DNA of 64,000 nucleotides from Mobula hypostoma (GCF_963921235.1 NC_086097.1:200200001-200264000); one strand, 5' to 3'; positions 1-12,415 are shown, counted from the stretch's first letter. Notes: generated by a model from the sequence alone, not told the origin. A program made the numbers and translations.

Positions 1-215
1 AATTTCTTTAACCACAAATGCCTGTGAAGGCCAGGTCATTAGGTATATTTAAAATGGAGGCTGACAGAATCTTGATTAGTAAGGGCATTCAAAGTTACAG
101 GGAGAAGGCGGGAGAAGAGGATTGAGAGGGAAAGTCAATCAAGCATGATCAAATGGTGGAGAAGACTCGATAGGCTGAATGGCCTATCTTATGTGTCATG
201 ATCTTGTGGTTTTAA
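1..215 (+). mobile_element. CR1/HER1-type LINE 3' end fragment
   Basis: Diverged CR1 ORF2 end and 3'UTR motifs (ggtatatttaa...ttgattagtaagggc...gactcgataggctgaatggcct...). Confidence 0.75.
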
Positions 216-651
216 TTATAAAATGGATAATTCAATGTTAATTCGGGTACAGTATGGAAAATAAAATGTGGGAAAGGACCAAGGGGGAAACCAAGAAAAA
301 TAAATTAAGAAGTAGTATTTTGAAGATGTTTACTTGAACTTGTCTCCAAAAACAATCTGCAGCCTGAAGGAATAAGACTCCACACTGCCAACTGCTCAAT
401 TTCTGGGCAAGAGAAGTTGTTTGAAGGCTATTAACAATTATCTTTTTAATTGTTGCTATTACAACGTAAGCTGCTAATTACTTGATTTAACTTTCTGTGG
501 TGATTTTAATGCATCAGATTCGTGCACCCCATTGTGAGGTTAAGAATATTAAAACCTTAAGGATAATTAGTGTGTTAATTGGGTTGCGACTCATCTCTTT
601 CTTTTATCAAATTCCAAGGTTATATTAATTCATTGATTTTTTTTTGCACAG

Positions 652-740
652 CAGTCTTTACTCTCTTTCTGCATCAGGCATTGGAATCATTGAAGAAGAA
701 AGCCCTTGGAAATGACAACTGTGACATGGGCTCTCAGTGA
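652..740 (+). CDS. Candidate terminal coding exon of a convergent plus-strand gene (xVFTLFLHQALESLKKKALGNDNCDMGSQ*)
   Basis: Strong acceptor ttttttttgcacag ending at 651; open phase-1 frame to TGA at 738-740; non-repetitive sequence. No upstream exon visible and product not recognised. Confidence 0.35.
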
Positions 741-1069
741 AGAATGGAAAGTAAAATGCATTTTGTGATTTCTACTTTAGTGGTATGGCTTTTGATCCAT
801 TACTTTGATGTTCCACTGTGCCACAAATAGTATTGTCTTTGGCCAAGTCAGTCAAACACTTGGTTGATGAGAACACCATGTCACCTTCAGAACTTCAATC
901 AGAATTTAAAAAAAAGGTTTACTTGATGTCAGATTAAACACTCTGTGCTGTGGTTTTTAATCTACAGGGTCTTTAGGATTTGCACATTGAACCAATTTCG
1001 TGGCGACAGCAGCCTCTGTAGCTCCCTATAATTTTAATTCCAACAGGCCTATTTTATACTAGCATTTTA

Positions 1070-1642
1070 TACTAGAAGAGATTTGACAAGTCAACAAATA
1101 CACTCAAAAACTTCTATAGTTGCACCATGGAGAGCATTCTGACAGGCTGCATCACTGTCTGGTATGGAGGGGCTACTGCACAGGACCGAAAGAAGCTGCA
1201 GAAGGTTGTAAATCTAGTCAGCTCCATCTTGGGCAGTAGCCTACATAGTACCCAGGACATCTTCAGGGAGCGGTGTCTCAGAAAGGCAGCGTCCATTATT
1301 AAGGACCTCCAGCAGCCAAGGCATACCCTTTTCTCACTGTTACCATCAGGTAGGAGGTACAGAATCCTGAAGGCACACCCTCAGCGATTCAGGAACAGCT
1401 TCTTCCCCTCTGCCATCTGGTTCCTAAATGAACATTGACTCTTTGGACACTACCTCACTTTTTTAATATACAGTATTTCTGTTTTTGCATGTTTTTTAAT
1501 CTATTCAATATACATAATTGATTTACTTCTTTATTATTTTTATTTTTTTTCTTTGCTAGATTATGTATTGCATTGAACTGCTGCTGCTAAGTTAACAAAT
1601 TTCATTTCATATGTCATTGATAATAAACCTGATTCTGATTCA
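1070..1642 (+). mobile_element. Rex1/Babar-type LINE 3' fragment
   Basis: ORF 1127-1438 (ESILTGCITVWYG...LFSLLPSGRRYR...RFRNSFFPSAI) is the typical Rex1 RT C-terminus; tail aataaacctgattctgattc. Confidence 0.85.
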
Positions 1643-2229
1643 TTCTAATCTGCTCGGTAGCAGAGACTAGAGTTCAATATAACAATAATATTTCAGTCAA
1701 TAATTTTCATGTCTGCGCCTGTTCTGTTCATTTTGTATTCATTAATTTTATTGATCTCTGACTCTTTGGTCATTTAGCCGAGAATAAAATTAAATAGAAT
1801 ATTGGAACTAACTTTATCAATAATAGTTAGGAAATACTTCCATGAGCAAAAGGACATAAAAGTTTTAGTCTTATTCTCAAAGCTCTTAATTCCATTTAGA
1901 CAAAAATCTATTTAAGTTGCATTTATTTTTGGAGTACAAGTCATCTACTGAAAGAAATAATATTGTGTATGTGAATACAGTGATACAGTAAGCTCAAAAG
2001 TGTATACTTGACACTATAACAATATCAATCCCTACCCATTTTCACAAAATCAATTTTAAAATTATTTTTCTGTCTGAATTTGTGACAGATTCTCCATTTT
2101 AAAATTTGAACACATTATCATCTTGCACATCTTTTATAACCTTCTTCAGGTTATTACCTATTGCACCTCCATTTTGTGGACTTGGATATAGTCATCCTTT
2201 GTTATATGTTGCTGTGGTTTCTATTATTC

Positions 2230-2398
2230 CTATTGGTGTAGAAGTTTCACTTGTGATTTTCTTTTTATGAGCTCTGCTGTAGGCCAGGGATGGATGAGAT
2301 TCTTTGATAAATTAACTGAGTATTGATTAAAGTCTATAATGTTAGCTGTGTTAACGTTAACTGGATCCAGTCCGTGAACTGGTTGCCCTATCCACATC
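2230..2398 (-). CDS. Candidate 3' exon of the unidentified minus-strand gene (MWIGQPVHGLDPVNVNTANIIDFNQYSVNLSKNLIHPWP...LLHQ*)
   Basis: Acceptor cttcaccatttaatacccag; open frame (ORF 2230-2433) in unique AT-rich DNA on the same strand as the other exons. Connecting donor is uncertain. Confidence 0.3.
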
Positions 2399-2817
2399 CT
2401 GGGTATTAAATGGTGAAGTCTGTCATTCCTCACATATCACTATAGACAGCAAACTGGAGAAAGTGACTGAATGAAGGAGGATAGCGAGGCACTTTATCTA
2501 AAAATACAGCAGGATATAGATCCAATGGAAATTTGCGAGGAAAGCAATTGCTGACATTGTGATTCAAAACCGAAATCTGTGTCCTGATGTATGGTTATAA
2601 ACCCAAAATATTATCATTTCCTTTCCTTCCACTGATGCTGCTCGGCCCACCAGCAAATTGCTTGTTGCACAGAAGGAATGCTGGGAATTGTTTTTTCAAT
2701 TATGTCTCTATCACGGCAATTTAGCTCAGACTGCTAGTAGCTAGATAAAGAGGAAAACACCTCTTTACTCTTTGCCCAATGCAGCTTCTAAAGGTGATTG
2801 CTGCTGGTAAACAGTAA

Positions 2818-3011
2818 TCACACAGGTGCTGAATTTATTGGTAATGTTAATAGGAACAATCTGAAGGTGCCTGAGGTGCTTTGCCTCAAGGAAGTCTGGG
2901 ATATAAACTGCATATCAGGATGATGAATAGGAAGTTGAACTCTGTTGCTGACGATCAATAATTCGTAGTGACTTATTTTATCTGACCACTGTCTCCAGTG
3001 CTTCATATAAG
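2818..3011 (-). CDS. Candidate exon of the minus-strand gene (AYMKHWRQWSDKISHYELLIVSNRVQLPIHHPDMQ...)
   Basis: Acceptor ttcttgaaataattcag; phase-1 start matches the internal donor TCAG|gttata (last exon base 3938) of the upstream exon; frame open to TGA at 2818. Confidence 0.4.
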
Positions 3012-3459
3012 CTGAATTATTTCAAGAATAAGTGTTCCTAAAGCAACTTTATGCTTACAATTACTTTGAGGGGAAAAGAAGGTGTCCGCTACCATCATTT
3101 ACTTCAAATTTCAGGAGAATAGAGCAAGATAGGAAAAGCAGTCTCATTTTGGAAAAAATATAATTAAAACAAGCAATCATAACAGGATAGTATATAGGAT
3201 ATTCTTCTACTATTTGAATAGATGGATTGTTAGTGGGGTAAATTATTAACCCATTGATGGGTTAACAATAAAGAATAATAAATTTGAAGAGTATTACAAG
3301 CTTCTGATATTAAGAATGATATAATTAAAATGTTTTACCCATGTTCAGTAGTGTGAACTTACTTGACACAATTATCACTGCTTTGCAACAATATGAAATG
3401 TACTAATAATGACAATATGGTATTAAAACACTTTTGAAACTCTTCAAAAGTTCCTTAGC

Positions 3460-3848
3460 TTCAAAGTTCAAAGTAAATTTATTACAAAGTACGTATGTCA
3501 CCGTGTACTAACCTGAGATTCACTCTCTTGCAGGAATTCACAGTAAGTACAAAGAAACACAATAGTCAATGAAAAATTGCGCACAACAAAGATGAGAAAC
3601 AGCCAATGTGCAAAGATAACAAACTGAGCAAATACAAAAAAGAGAAAATGATAATAATAATAATAATAAATAAGCAATAACCATCAAGAACACGAGTTGT
3701 AGAGTCCATATGTTGTGGAATCATTTCAATGTTGGGGCTGAGAGAAGTTATGCCCTTTTTCTCAACAGCATGATGGTTCGGGGGGTGGGGGGTAATAATT
3801 GTTCCTGAACCTGGATGTGTGGGATTTGAGGTTCCTGTGCCTCCTTAT
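3460..3848 (-). mobile_element. Rex1-type LINE 3' end
   Basis: ttcaaagttcaaagtaaatttatt tail and gttcctgaacctgg motif (reverse complement of the RFRNS-coding region). Confidence 0.7.
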
Positions 3849-3881
3849 ATTTCCTCATATTTGCTGTATGTACTTGTATTT

Positions 3882-4045
3882 TCAGCTGCATAATTTAACA
3901 TCCAATGTTGAATAATGTGAATTGTTTGCTGTATAACCTGAGAAGTAAGATTCAGCATCTTTTGTATATTGGTATTTCCTCTTGAAATCAATAGCTGTCA
4001 GATTAATGAGCAATCTACATCCATCCATCCTTGGATTATCAAGTG
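3882..4045 (-). CDS. Exon of the minus-strand gene (LDNPRMDGCRLLINLTAIDFKRKYQYTKDAESYFS; either reads on to TGA at 3882 or splices after 3938)
   Basis: Acceptor catttccccatag; phase 1 joins exon 9771-9854 (A+CA = Thr); open frame in unique sequence. Confidence 0.6.
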
Positions 4046-4869
4046 CTATGGGGAAATGTGTAACAAATAAGACCTTAGTACATAAATTCATTGCATTATC
4101 ACATTATATAGGGATATTTCAAAGGCACTCTGTGAATGAATCGTCTATATATTTCTGTTTAGTGGTTCAGGGACCAAATACTCATTCCATTCATAATCAA
4201 TGTATTGAATTAGCATGGAAAATTTTACACTTAAGCTAAAAAACAGGTAACAACACTGTCTGTAATGCCCAGCTGTTATAAGAGTACTTTCGCAAAATAT
4301 CATTCTGCCATACGTATATCAGAATGGGAAATATCACCCACCTCCAACACTACGTTTGAGTGGTCATGCCTTGGCAAATAGAAATGACCTGCAAAATCAT
4401 GCAAGGCTACAAAGATAGGGCAATGCCTCTTTTTGGGAATCACATTAGTGGGTTAAAAGAAAGTAACATAGAGCATGGCAGGAAACAAACTAATTTGCAG
4501 TAACTTCTACCCAAGTGCAAAGCTTTGAAAACTTCAAAACTTGGCTGATGAGAGAGCTAAAGTTTGATATTGCATGCACTCCAACTGATAAGTATCTCAA
4601 AAGTTAATAGATCTGTTATCACCCAGTGACTCTCAGGATCTCCCACGGCTTATGCCTTAGTTAACTAGCGATTAAATGCTTTACTGGATAGCTCAAAGCT
4701 ACAGGAGAGGCAAAGTAGATGGGTGCTCTGATAAATGTCTCCCCCTGAACTCTGAAGGCTTATGCAATTAGATTGCCTCTGCAAATTTCTGGTGCTTGCG
4801 ATCATATAAAGCAAAGTGACCATTACAGATAAGTGATAATTTTATTTTCAAAGTTACATGGAGCAACAA

Positions 4870-5600
4870 TCTATATACTACTAAAACTCTCATGCTCTGT
4901 CTGTCTGTTTGTCTGTTTGTGACCTCCAATTAGCACAAACCGTGCATTACAGTGGCACTTTTTTTGGCTAAATCGAACTAAAATGCGCTAACTTACAGAA
5001 TGCAGGCAAAGTTCAGGGTTATATATTCATATAAAATTGCTCATTCGCCAAAAATCAACAGGCTGCCTTTCACCCGAGACCGATCGGCCATCCTGGAAAT
5101 CGGGACGCCGCATCACGACACGTGCGCACGACCAGTCTCAGCAGCGCCTCACGATTCTCACAGAGCCGCTTCCACCTTCCATGGAGACCGCGAGGCCACA
5201 GCCCGATGCATGCACATGGCCAGCCTCAGCAGTTTGGAGGCTTTGGTGTTACTCCTTCCTATCTTCTATCAAGCATTAGGGTAAAAATATATGGATAGCC
5301 TAACGATGCCGCGTGGAAAGAGAAGGGGGACATTATGGTCAAGAGATGACACCAAACATCTTCGGGAAGTGGCAAGGAGAGGGAAAGAACAACAATCAGA
5401 TGAGGCCAGGGCCGCACGACTCAAGGATCAGAAAGGAAGAACAAATGGTAGAAGAGATGAAGGGATGAAAGATGAAAGGTCTGTGCGTCTCCGGAATGAC
5501 AATAACAGGCAGAGAAGGAGGAGAGAGGAAGAGACAGAGGAGAAAAGGATAGTAACAATCTACCCATGGAAGATTCAAAATCATTTAATGTCATTTCCAG
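4870..5600 (+). mobile_element. Helitron 5' part with RepHel N-terminal (STPR-like) coding remnant
   Basis: Starts A|TCTATATACTACTAAAA followed by (ctgt)n/gttt microsatellite, as in animal Helitrons. ORF 5291-5623 has periodic E..EARAARL / DERSVRLR / EETEEKR units. No 3' CTAG end found. Confidence 0.65.
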
Positions 5601-5612
5601 TAGACCAGTGTA

Positions 5613-6880
5613 AAGGAGAATGAAATAATTTTTATTGAGAATCCAATGTAGCACAAAAAACACAATAAGGTAAAGAACACAATAATAAAACACACAATAA
5701 ATATACTGTAAATAGATAAGATAGCTCCTATACATACAGTAGGTTAATAGTATGAACTGTGCATAAGGTGTCTAACAGGAAATGATAAAGTGGGGTGTGG
5801 ATGGAGGTATTGATCAGCCTCACAGATTGGGAAAATTAATTGATTTTGAGTCTACTGGTTCTGGTATGGATGCTACATAGCCTCATCCCTAATAGCAGTG
5901 GGACAGACAGACCATTAGCAAGATAGTTGGGATCCTTTCCAACACTTTTCTCTATCTACTGTATATCCTTGTTGGCAGGTAGGCTGGTGCCGGTGATGAG
6001 ATACGCAGTATTGACCACCCATTGTAGAGCCTTCCTGTCCGCCGCAGTGTAGCTTCCATACCATGCAATGATGCAGCTTGTTCGGATGATCTCTACTGCA
6101 CATCTGTAGAAGGACGCGAGTATAGGCGTGCATAGTTCAGCTCTCTTCAGCCCCCTCAGAAAGCAGAGGCATTGGTGAGTTTGCATAGGATGTGTTCTGG
6201 GACCATGAGAGGTTGTGTGAGGTCTTCTCTCCCAGGAGTTTGAAACGGCTCGCAATTTCCACGCTGTGTCACCAACGTAAAGAGGGGTGTGAATGATCAG
6301 CATTCTCCTGAAGTCAATAATCATCTGCTTTGTCTTTCTAACATTGAAGAAGAGGTTATTTGCCTGGCACCAAGCCTCGAGTTCTTCCACTTACTCTCTG
6401 TAGGCCATCTTATCATCATTGGTGACGAGCCCCACCACTGTAGTGTCATCAGCGAACTTGACATGTGGTGATTTGGGTGCTAGGTCGTACGGTCATATGT
6501 GAGAAGAGTGTACCGCAATGGGCTCAGTACACAGCCCCGGGGGACACTTGGGGATGGAGCAGTGGTTGTGCATTCTAAATATTTGAAGTCTGTTGGTCGA
6601 ACACCCAGTTGAACAGTGGTGTATTCAGACTGAGGAGTAGGAGTTTGTCACCTAGGTCTGTAGGACAATAGTGTTAAATACCAAAATGGAATCCAGAAAC
6701 AGCATTCTGACGTACGTGTCCATGTTTTCTAGGTGTGTTGTAAAGTGATTCTGACAGTAAGCATATTGGTGAGTGTCCAGAAATAGAGTTCTTGATATGT
6801 GCCATTACCAAATATTCAAAGCACTTCATGATGATTGGTGACAGTGCCACTGGGCAGTCGTCATTTTGTTCATGATGCCA
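5613..6880 (-). mobile_element. Rex1/Babar-type LINE, 5'-truncated and decayed
   Basis: ORF 5956-6390 (WCQANNLFFNVRKTKQMIIDFR...FYRCAVE...WYGS); FADD-like motif near 6450. Confidence 0.85.
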
Positions 6881-6884
6881 CTTC

Positions 6885-8240
6885 CAAAGAATTAAGGATC
6901 TGTATACCCAAATATCTCTGTTCTACTGCTTTACTCAGTGCCCTACCCTGTAGGCCCTGGTTTGTCCACCCTTACTCTAGTCTGCATTAAATTCCATCTT
7001 ACATTTTTCAGCCCATTTTTCCAGGTGGTCCACATCCCTCTGTGAAATTTAATAGCCTCCCTCACTGTTCACTATTCCCCCAATGTTGGTGTCATCCACA
7101 AACTTGCACATCCAGTTTACCACATTATCAGAGAACATAGAACATAGTATAGTACAGCACAGTACAGGCCCTTCGGCCCACAATGTTGTGCCAACCCTTA
7201 AACCCTGCCTACCATATAACCCCCCAGCTTAAATTCCTCCATATACCTGTCTAGTAGTCTCTTAAATTTCACTAGTGTATCTGCCTCCACCACTGACTCA
7301 GGTAGTGCATTCCATGCACCAACTATTCTCTGCGTGAAAAACCTTCTGATAATATCCCCCTTGAACTTCCCACCCCTTACCTTAAAGTCATGCCCTCTTG
7401 TACTGAGCAGTGGTGCCCTGGGGAAGAGGCGCTGGCTGTCCACTCTATTTATTCCTCTCAATATCTTGTATACCTCTATCATTTCTCCTGTCATCTTCCT
7501 TCTCTCCAAAGAGTAAAGCCCTAGCTCCCTTAATCTCTGATCATAGTGCATACTCTCTAAACCAGGCAGCATCCTGGTAAGTCTCCTCTGTACACTTTCC
7601 AGTGCTTTACCCATCATCATCATCCTCTCCAATGATTTGCCCACCATTGATGTGAGACTCAATGGTCTATAATTCCCAGGGCTATCTCCACTCCCTTTCT
7701 TGAACAAAACAATAATATTTGCCAACATCCAATCTTACGGTACTCCTATGGCCAGTAAGTTTGCAAAGATCATCACCAAAGGCACAACAATCTCTTCCCT
7801 CACTTCTGTAGTAACCTAGGGTATATCATGTCTAGTCTCAGTGACTTCTATCCTAATGTTTTTCAAAAGCTCCAGCACATCTTCTTGCTTAACATTGACA
7901 TGTTCTTGCTTATCATCCTGCTTTACACTGTCCTCACAAACTTCAAGGTCCCATTCACTGGTGAATATTGAAGCAAAGTATTTATTAAGGACCTCCCCTA
8001 TCTCCTTTGACTCCAGCCACATTTTCCCTTTTATCCTTGACTTTAGTCATCATCCTGTTCTTCACTAACATGTAGAATGCATTGCCGTTTTCCTTAATCT
8101 TGCACATCAAGGCCTTCTCATGTCCCCAACTAACTCTCCTAAGTCCCTTCTTTATATCCTTCCTGGTTATCTTATAACTCTTTGCTTCCTACATCTTAAT
8201 TGTGCTTCCTTATTTCTCTTGGCTAACTGTTTCACCTCTT
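6885..8240 (-). mobile_element. Older CR1 LINE fragments with a younger CR1 3' piece (about 7132-7612) embedded
   Basis: ORF 7198-7728 fuses PGNYRPLSLTS to the CR1 C-terminus (LYSLERR...FFTQR); (gaacata)n tail at 7132. Confidence 0.85.
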
Positions 8241-9770
8241 ACCTTATTTGCTGTCTTTGTGGATTTCAGCAATGTACACTTTAATTTCAGCAAATGATTC
8301 TTCGAAAGAAAGTTCAGTATGCCTTACGGGCTTGAAATTTCAAGCCCATAAGAACAAGAACAACTGTTATTCAGATGCTAACATTTCATTGTCCCAAATT
8401 CAGCAGGAGTTTCAAAGTGTCCATTCTGGTTTTAAAACAGCAGTATATTGTACAACAGAAAGAGTAATATTGCAAACCTAAGCAGCGGGGGGAAAATATC
8501 ATTACTCAATTTATGATGAGTTGGCAAATAAGGACATAAAATCAATCAAATGACTGAAGTCATCACAATAAACAATGCGTGATTGTTTATGCTTTAAGAC
8601 TCCCCTATTTCATGAAATTTCATGTCATTTTCCATTGTAATGCACGACAGCAGGGTTCTGCAGCAAAGGAACAGCTGCATTAACAAAAGACTTGCAGGTA
8701 AGAAAGACACAGCTCCAATGTGCTTCCACGAAGTAAAATGTACTTCCATGAAATATGCAATGATTTGATTCCACTGGACTCTTCTGATCATCTTTATTAA
8801 TTATAGTAGGAGATCTGCAAATTCACTGGAGAATTATTTGTCACAAACCTCATCAGAGCCACAGCAGACTATCGGCAGAGGCACTGAAGGAAGTTCTTAT
8901 GTGGACGCTACGCCCCTCTTGTTCCCTGACACAAAATACAAGAGGCACACCTACCCTACTTGACAGTATCAGGTTGTGGTGGCCTGGACAATTAATGTGG
9001 TTCACCTTCAGGTGTGCTAAGCTTCTCTGGTGTCTCCAAGAACAAAAAGCTGGCCTTTGTCAGACTGCTGAGGGGGTGAATAAAAAGGTTCATTTAGTAT
9101 TAACATCATGGCTAGGGATTTTATATTTTCCCTTTAGTGACTACACTGTTGTAAGGGATCAAGATTCATATCATGCACATCCTTTGCTCCATTTTTCAGG
9201 AACAAATGCCCTATGTTTTGAGACAAAGTTATGATTACTTTCTAAACAAACCGCATTTTTGAATAAACTGACTTTGTTTGCTGCATGATAGACTGAGTTA
9301 TGCCTTAATTCATCTTCATCCCTTTTGGATTTAATGTAATTACTGAATTGTTTACAAACTATTTATAGTATAAGTACTTTCATTTGTTATTTTAAAACAA
9401 ATGGAAAGAAAAAGCTAACAACAAGTGAAAACTCACTGTGGCACAGCTCTGGATCTGGCAAAGTCTCTTAGAAATCAAGGCAATGTGCTAGTTCCCATAT
9501 CTTCTGGATCTACTGCTCTCAACAGCATTCAGTGCCCTTCTGACCTGGGAATTTCCTTTTGACAAAATGGTACTGTATCAGAACCCTTGTCCTGATTCTG
9601 TGTAGCTGCTGAATGAAGATCTGATGAAGATCACCCTCTCTTTACCTTAGAGGATTGCCCTCCGCATTGTTATGTTTATTCTTTAACAAAGGTACACTTG
9701 CGTGGGGTTAAACACTAGAACTATTTTGTTTAAAGATTTACAGCATGGCCTCAGCTCGACCACATTTTAC

Positions 9771-9854
9771 TTAGGACTTTCAGCCCGCCAAGAGCATGTG
9801 TACCCTGTTCACCAACACCACTTCTGGTTCCGGGTAAACCACCTCCATTGCACA
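9771..9854 (-). CDS. Exon of the minus-strand gene (xCNGGGLPGTRSGVGEQGTHALGGLKVL)
   Basis: Acceptor cttcatttcccag, donor A|gtaaaa, 84 nt, phase 1 to 1, GC-richer than flanks. Confidence 0.6.
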
Positions 9855-10342
9855 CTGGGAAATGAAGTTCATTATTATGCACACATAATAACATAGGCAA
9901 CACACAAACAGGAATGCAATGCAGGAGAACCTGGAACATTGCCTACCCTCCCTCACCCAATCGCATTGGTTTAGCAGTCATTCCAAGCACAGTGCTAGCC
10001 CCTGCAGTTTTTTTTAACACTAGTTCCACCTAATCACAAACAGTTAAAGTTTGTTCTGACAGAAGAAGGTCTTCTATTGTTTATCCTGACTTTTATGTTT
10101 GGAAGTCGGCATTTACTGGTAAGGGAAGCAGATTAATAAACAATCAACTTCCAAAATGCATAAAATTAAGCACCAGCGAAGTTAAAGTATTTGTTACTTA
10201 CCCTGGTCCAAGTTCATCAAACTACTTTTCATGGTTTCATCTCTTTGTTACTTCAATGACCAGCCTTTGTATTAAACCAACAACTCTTGCTTAGACAAAA
10301 CTACCTAAAGATTACAGATCTCCAGATTAATGCTAAGTGTCT

Positions 10343-10492
10343 CACATCTATGGAAAAGAGTACAGTCGACGATTCGGGCCGAGACGTTGACTGTACTTTT
10401 TTCCCCAGAGATGCCACCTGGCCTGCTGAGTTGCTCCAGCATTTTGTGCGTGTTGTTTGGATCTCCAGCATCTGCAGATTTTCTCTTGTTTG
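10343..10492. mobile_element. Penelope-like pLTR-derived short insertion with inverted 5' segment
   Basis: Exact 15-bp TSD taatgctaagtgtct at 10328-10342 and 10493-10507; internal inverted repeat; ends in ccagcatctgcag motif. Confidence 0.8.
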
Positions 10493-10547
10493 TAATGCTA
10501 AGTGTCTGTTCCTTTTGCTTGGCATGGATTTCAGCTAGCGATTCTAC

Positions 10548-11330
10548 TTCAAAAGTTCAAAGTACATTTATTATTGGAGTATATATTCATATACAACCTT
10601 GAGATTTGTTTCCTTACAGGCAGCCACAAAACAAGGAAACCCAATAGAACACATTAAAAAAGACTGTCAATCACCCAGTGAGCAGGGAAAGTGTGTAAGC
10701 AAATAATATTCAGAACTGAAATTCATGAAAGTCGGTCCACAGCCATGAAGCCAGTCACAGCCGATCCAGGAGCCCGTTAGTTGCAGGTCACAGCATCAGT
10801 TCAGTGCAGAGACAAGGAAACCCCACGGAGAAACAAACTGAGCACTGGACTGTCCTTCTCTTCCATCCCTGACACCCTGACCTTTTCAATCTGGTACTGC
10901 GCTAAAGTCAGCCAACCCTCAGATTGTTCCTCTCCCCTACACCCAGGCCCTACAACTTTGATACACATCGGGCTTGCATCCCACCAACTAGACTCGGCCC
11001 ATACCTGACCTTTCCAATCTGGCCTGGTGCTTAAATCGCCCAAACAGTGGGTCACTCCTTGATCCCGAGCCTGGGCACCACCACCTCACCTCAGATCTGC
11101 TGCTTCAAATCACCTCCAAGTCCAGTCCAGCAAGGGCCAATCATTGGCTCATTCCCCACTCTCGGCCTGTACCCCACTGCCTCCATTCAGCCCGTACCCA
11201 CTGGCAACCATCCTGCACCTTTGAGACTTCAGTTCACATCACAAAAATACAGGTTGTACAGGCAGCTTAAAAGCTCAACTCCAAAAGGGAAGTTACAGGC
11301 TACTGACAGGTCACTGGCCAGTGTTGTTTG
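10548..11330 (-). mobile_element. Non-autonomous retroposon with Rex1-type tail and GC-rich body
   Basis: ttcaaaagttcaaagtacatttatt tail shared with other Rex1-type ends; body has no RT-like translation. Confidence 0.5.
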
Positions 11331-11749
11331 ATAACTCTTTTGTGAAATGCTTCAGGGCATTATATTGCATTAAAGGTGTTTAATCAGTGCAAGTTCTTGG
11401 TGTTTATATTGTTCAGGCATATAAGTAAAGCATTTCAGCTCTCTTGGGTCTATCGATCAGCACAATTTTTCAACTTCTGTTTCCTTTTCTATATTTGTCT
11501 TCATTTAAGTAACGTATGTGGTCAATAAGTGATCAACAACTCGAAAAGTCATTCTAGAATATACTACAAATTGCTTCCTTCCTCCCTCTCCAGGGGCTGG
11601 AAATAAACATTATTTTGCAAACTGCTTGTTTCTACAGGCTCATGGTTGGTGGTGTGAAAGGAAAGTACTTGCACTGTTTGCTTGCAATGACAAGTCATAC
11701 CCATTGAATCAATGACAACCATCATGTCTCCTGATGCTGGTCCTCTTCC

Positions 11750-12415
11750 TTGCATTAATCCATATCCCTCTTTTAATTCAAGTATCTTTCCAGATGCTTC
11801 TTAAAAATTGTTACTGAACCTGCCTCTATCTCGTCCTCAGGCAGCTCACTTCTTATACCAACTCTTAGTTGTCTGAAAATTTTAGCCTTTAGATCCCCTT
11901 CACATTTAAATTTTAAACTTATACCCTCTGATTTTAGATAGACCTACCATAAGAAACATGTACTGGTTATCTACTTCTAATATATCTCATAACTTTATAA
12001 ATCTCTATCATGTCATCTCATGGCCTCCTTTGCTCTGGGAAAACAGACTCACCCTGTCCAGTCTCTTCTTATAACTCAAGACCTTGACTCCGGGCAACAT
12101 CCTTGTGAGTCTTTTCTACACCCTCTCTAGTTTAATAACACCTTTTCTGTAACATGTGATTAGACCTGCACATAATATTCCAAGTGCAGCCTAACCAACA
12201 TTTTGTACAACTCTAACATGATGTGCAAACTGTGTCTACTTGTATCAACATGCTGTTGCACCTATACCCTATGATCTATCTGTTCAACAATACCACCACC
12301 CCTCCCTCCCCCAGCCCTGTCATTCACTGTGCATCTCCTTCCTTGTTTTAACTTCACAAAACTTCACAGATTAAATTACATGTGCCATCCCCTTGTCCAT
12401 TTTCCTAGTTGATCT
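11750..12415 (-). mobile_element. Old CR1 LINE 3' fragment
   Basis: Diverged reverse-complement CR1 RT C-terminal motifs. Confidence 0.65.

Noticed and set aside
7198..7728. Apparent fused ORF
   Set aside because: Chance in-frame junction of two CR1 fragments.
8655..8703. Plus-strand segment ending CAG|gtaaga
   Set aside because: Isolated donor, weak acceptor and no partner exons on plus.
9771..9854. CNGGGLP...GTHALGGL as a GHKL/HATPase G1-G2 box or P-loop
   Set aside because: Lacks the conserved Asp of the G1 box and the GK[ST] of a Walker A motif; the resemblance is too weak to call.
10201..10300. Minus-strand segment with perfect donor CAGG|gtaagt (MKSSLMNLDQ)
   Set aside because: Stops in all frames from the nearest good acceptor; could only be an alternative first or non-coding exon, with no further support.
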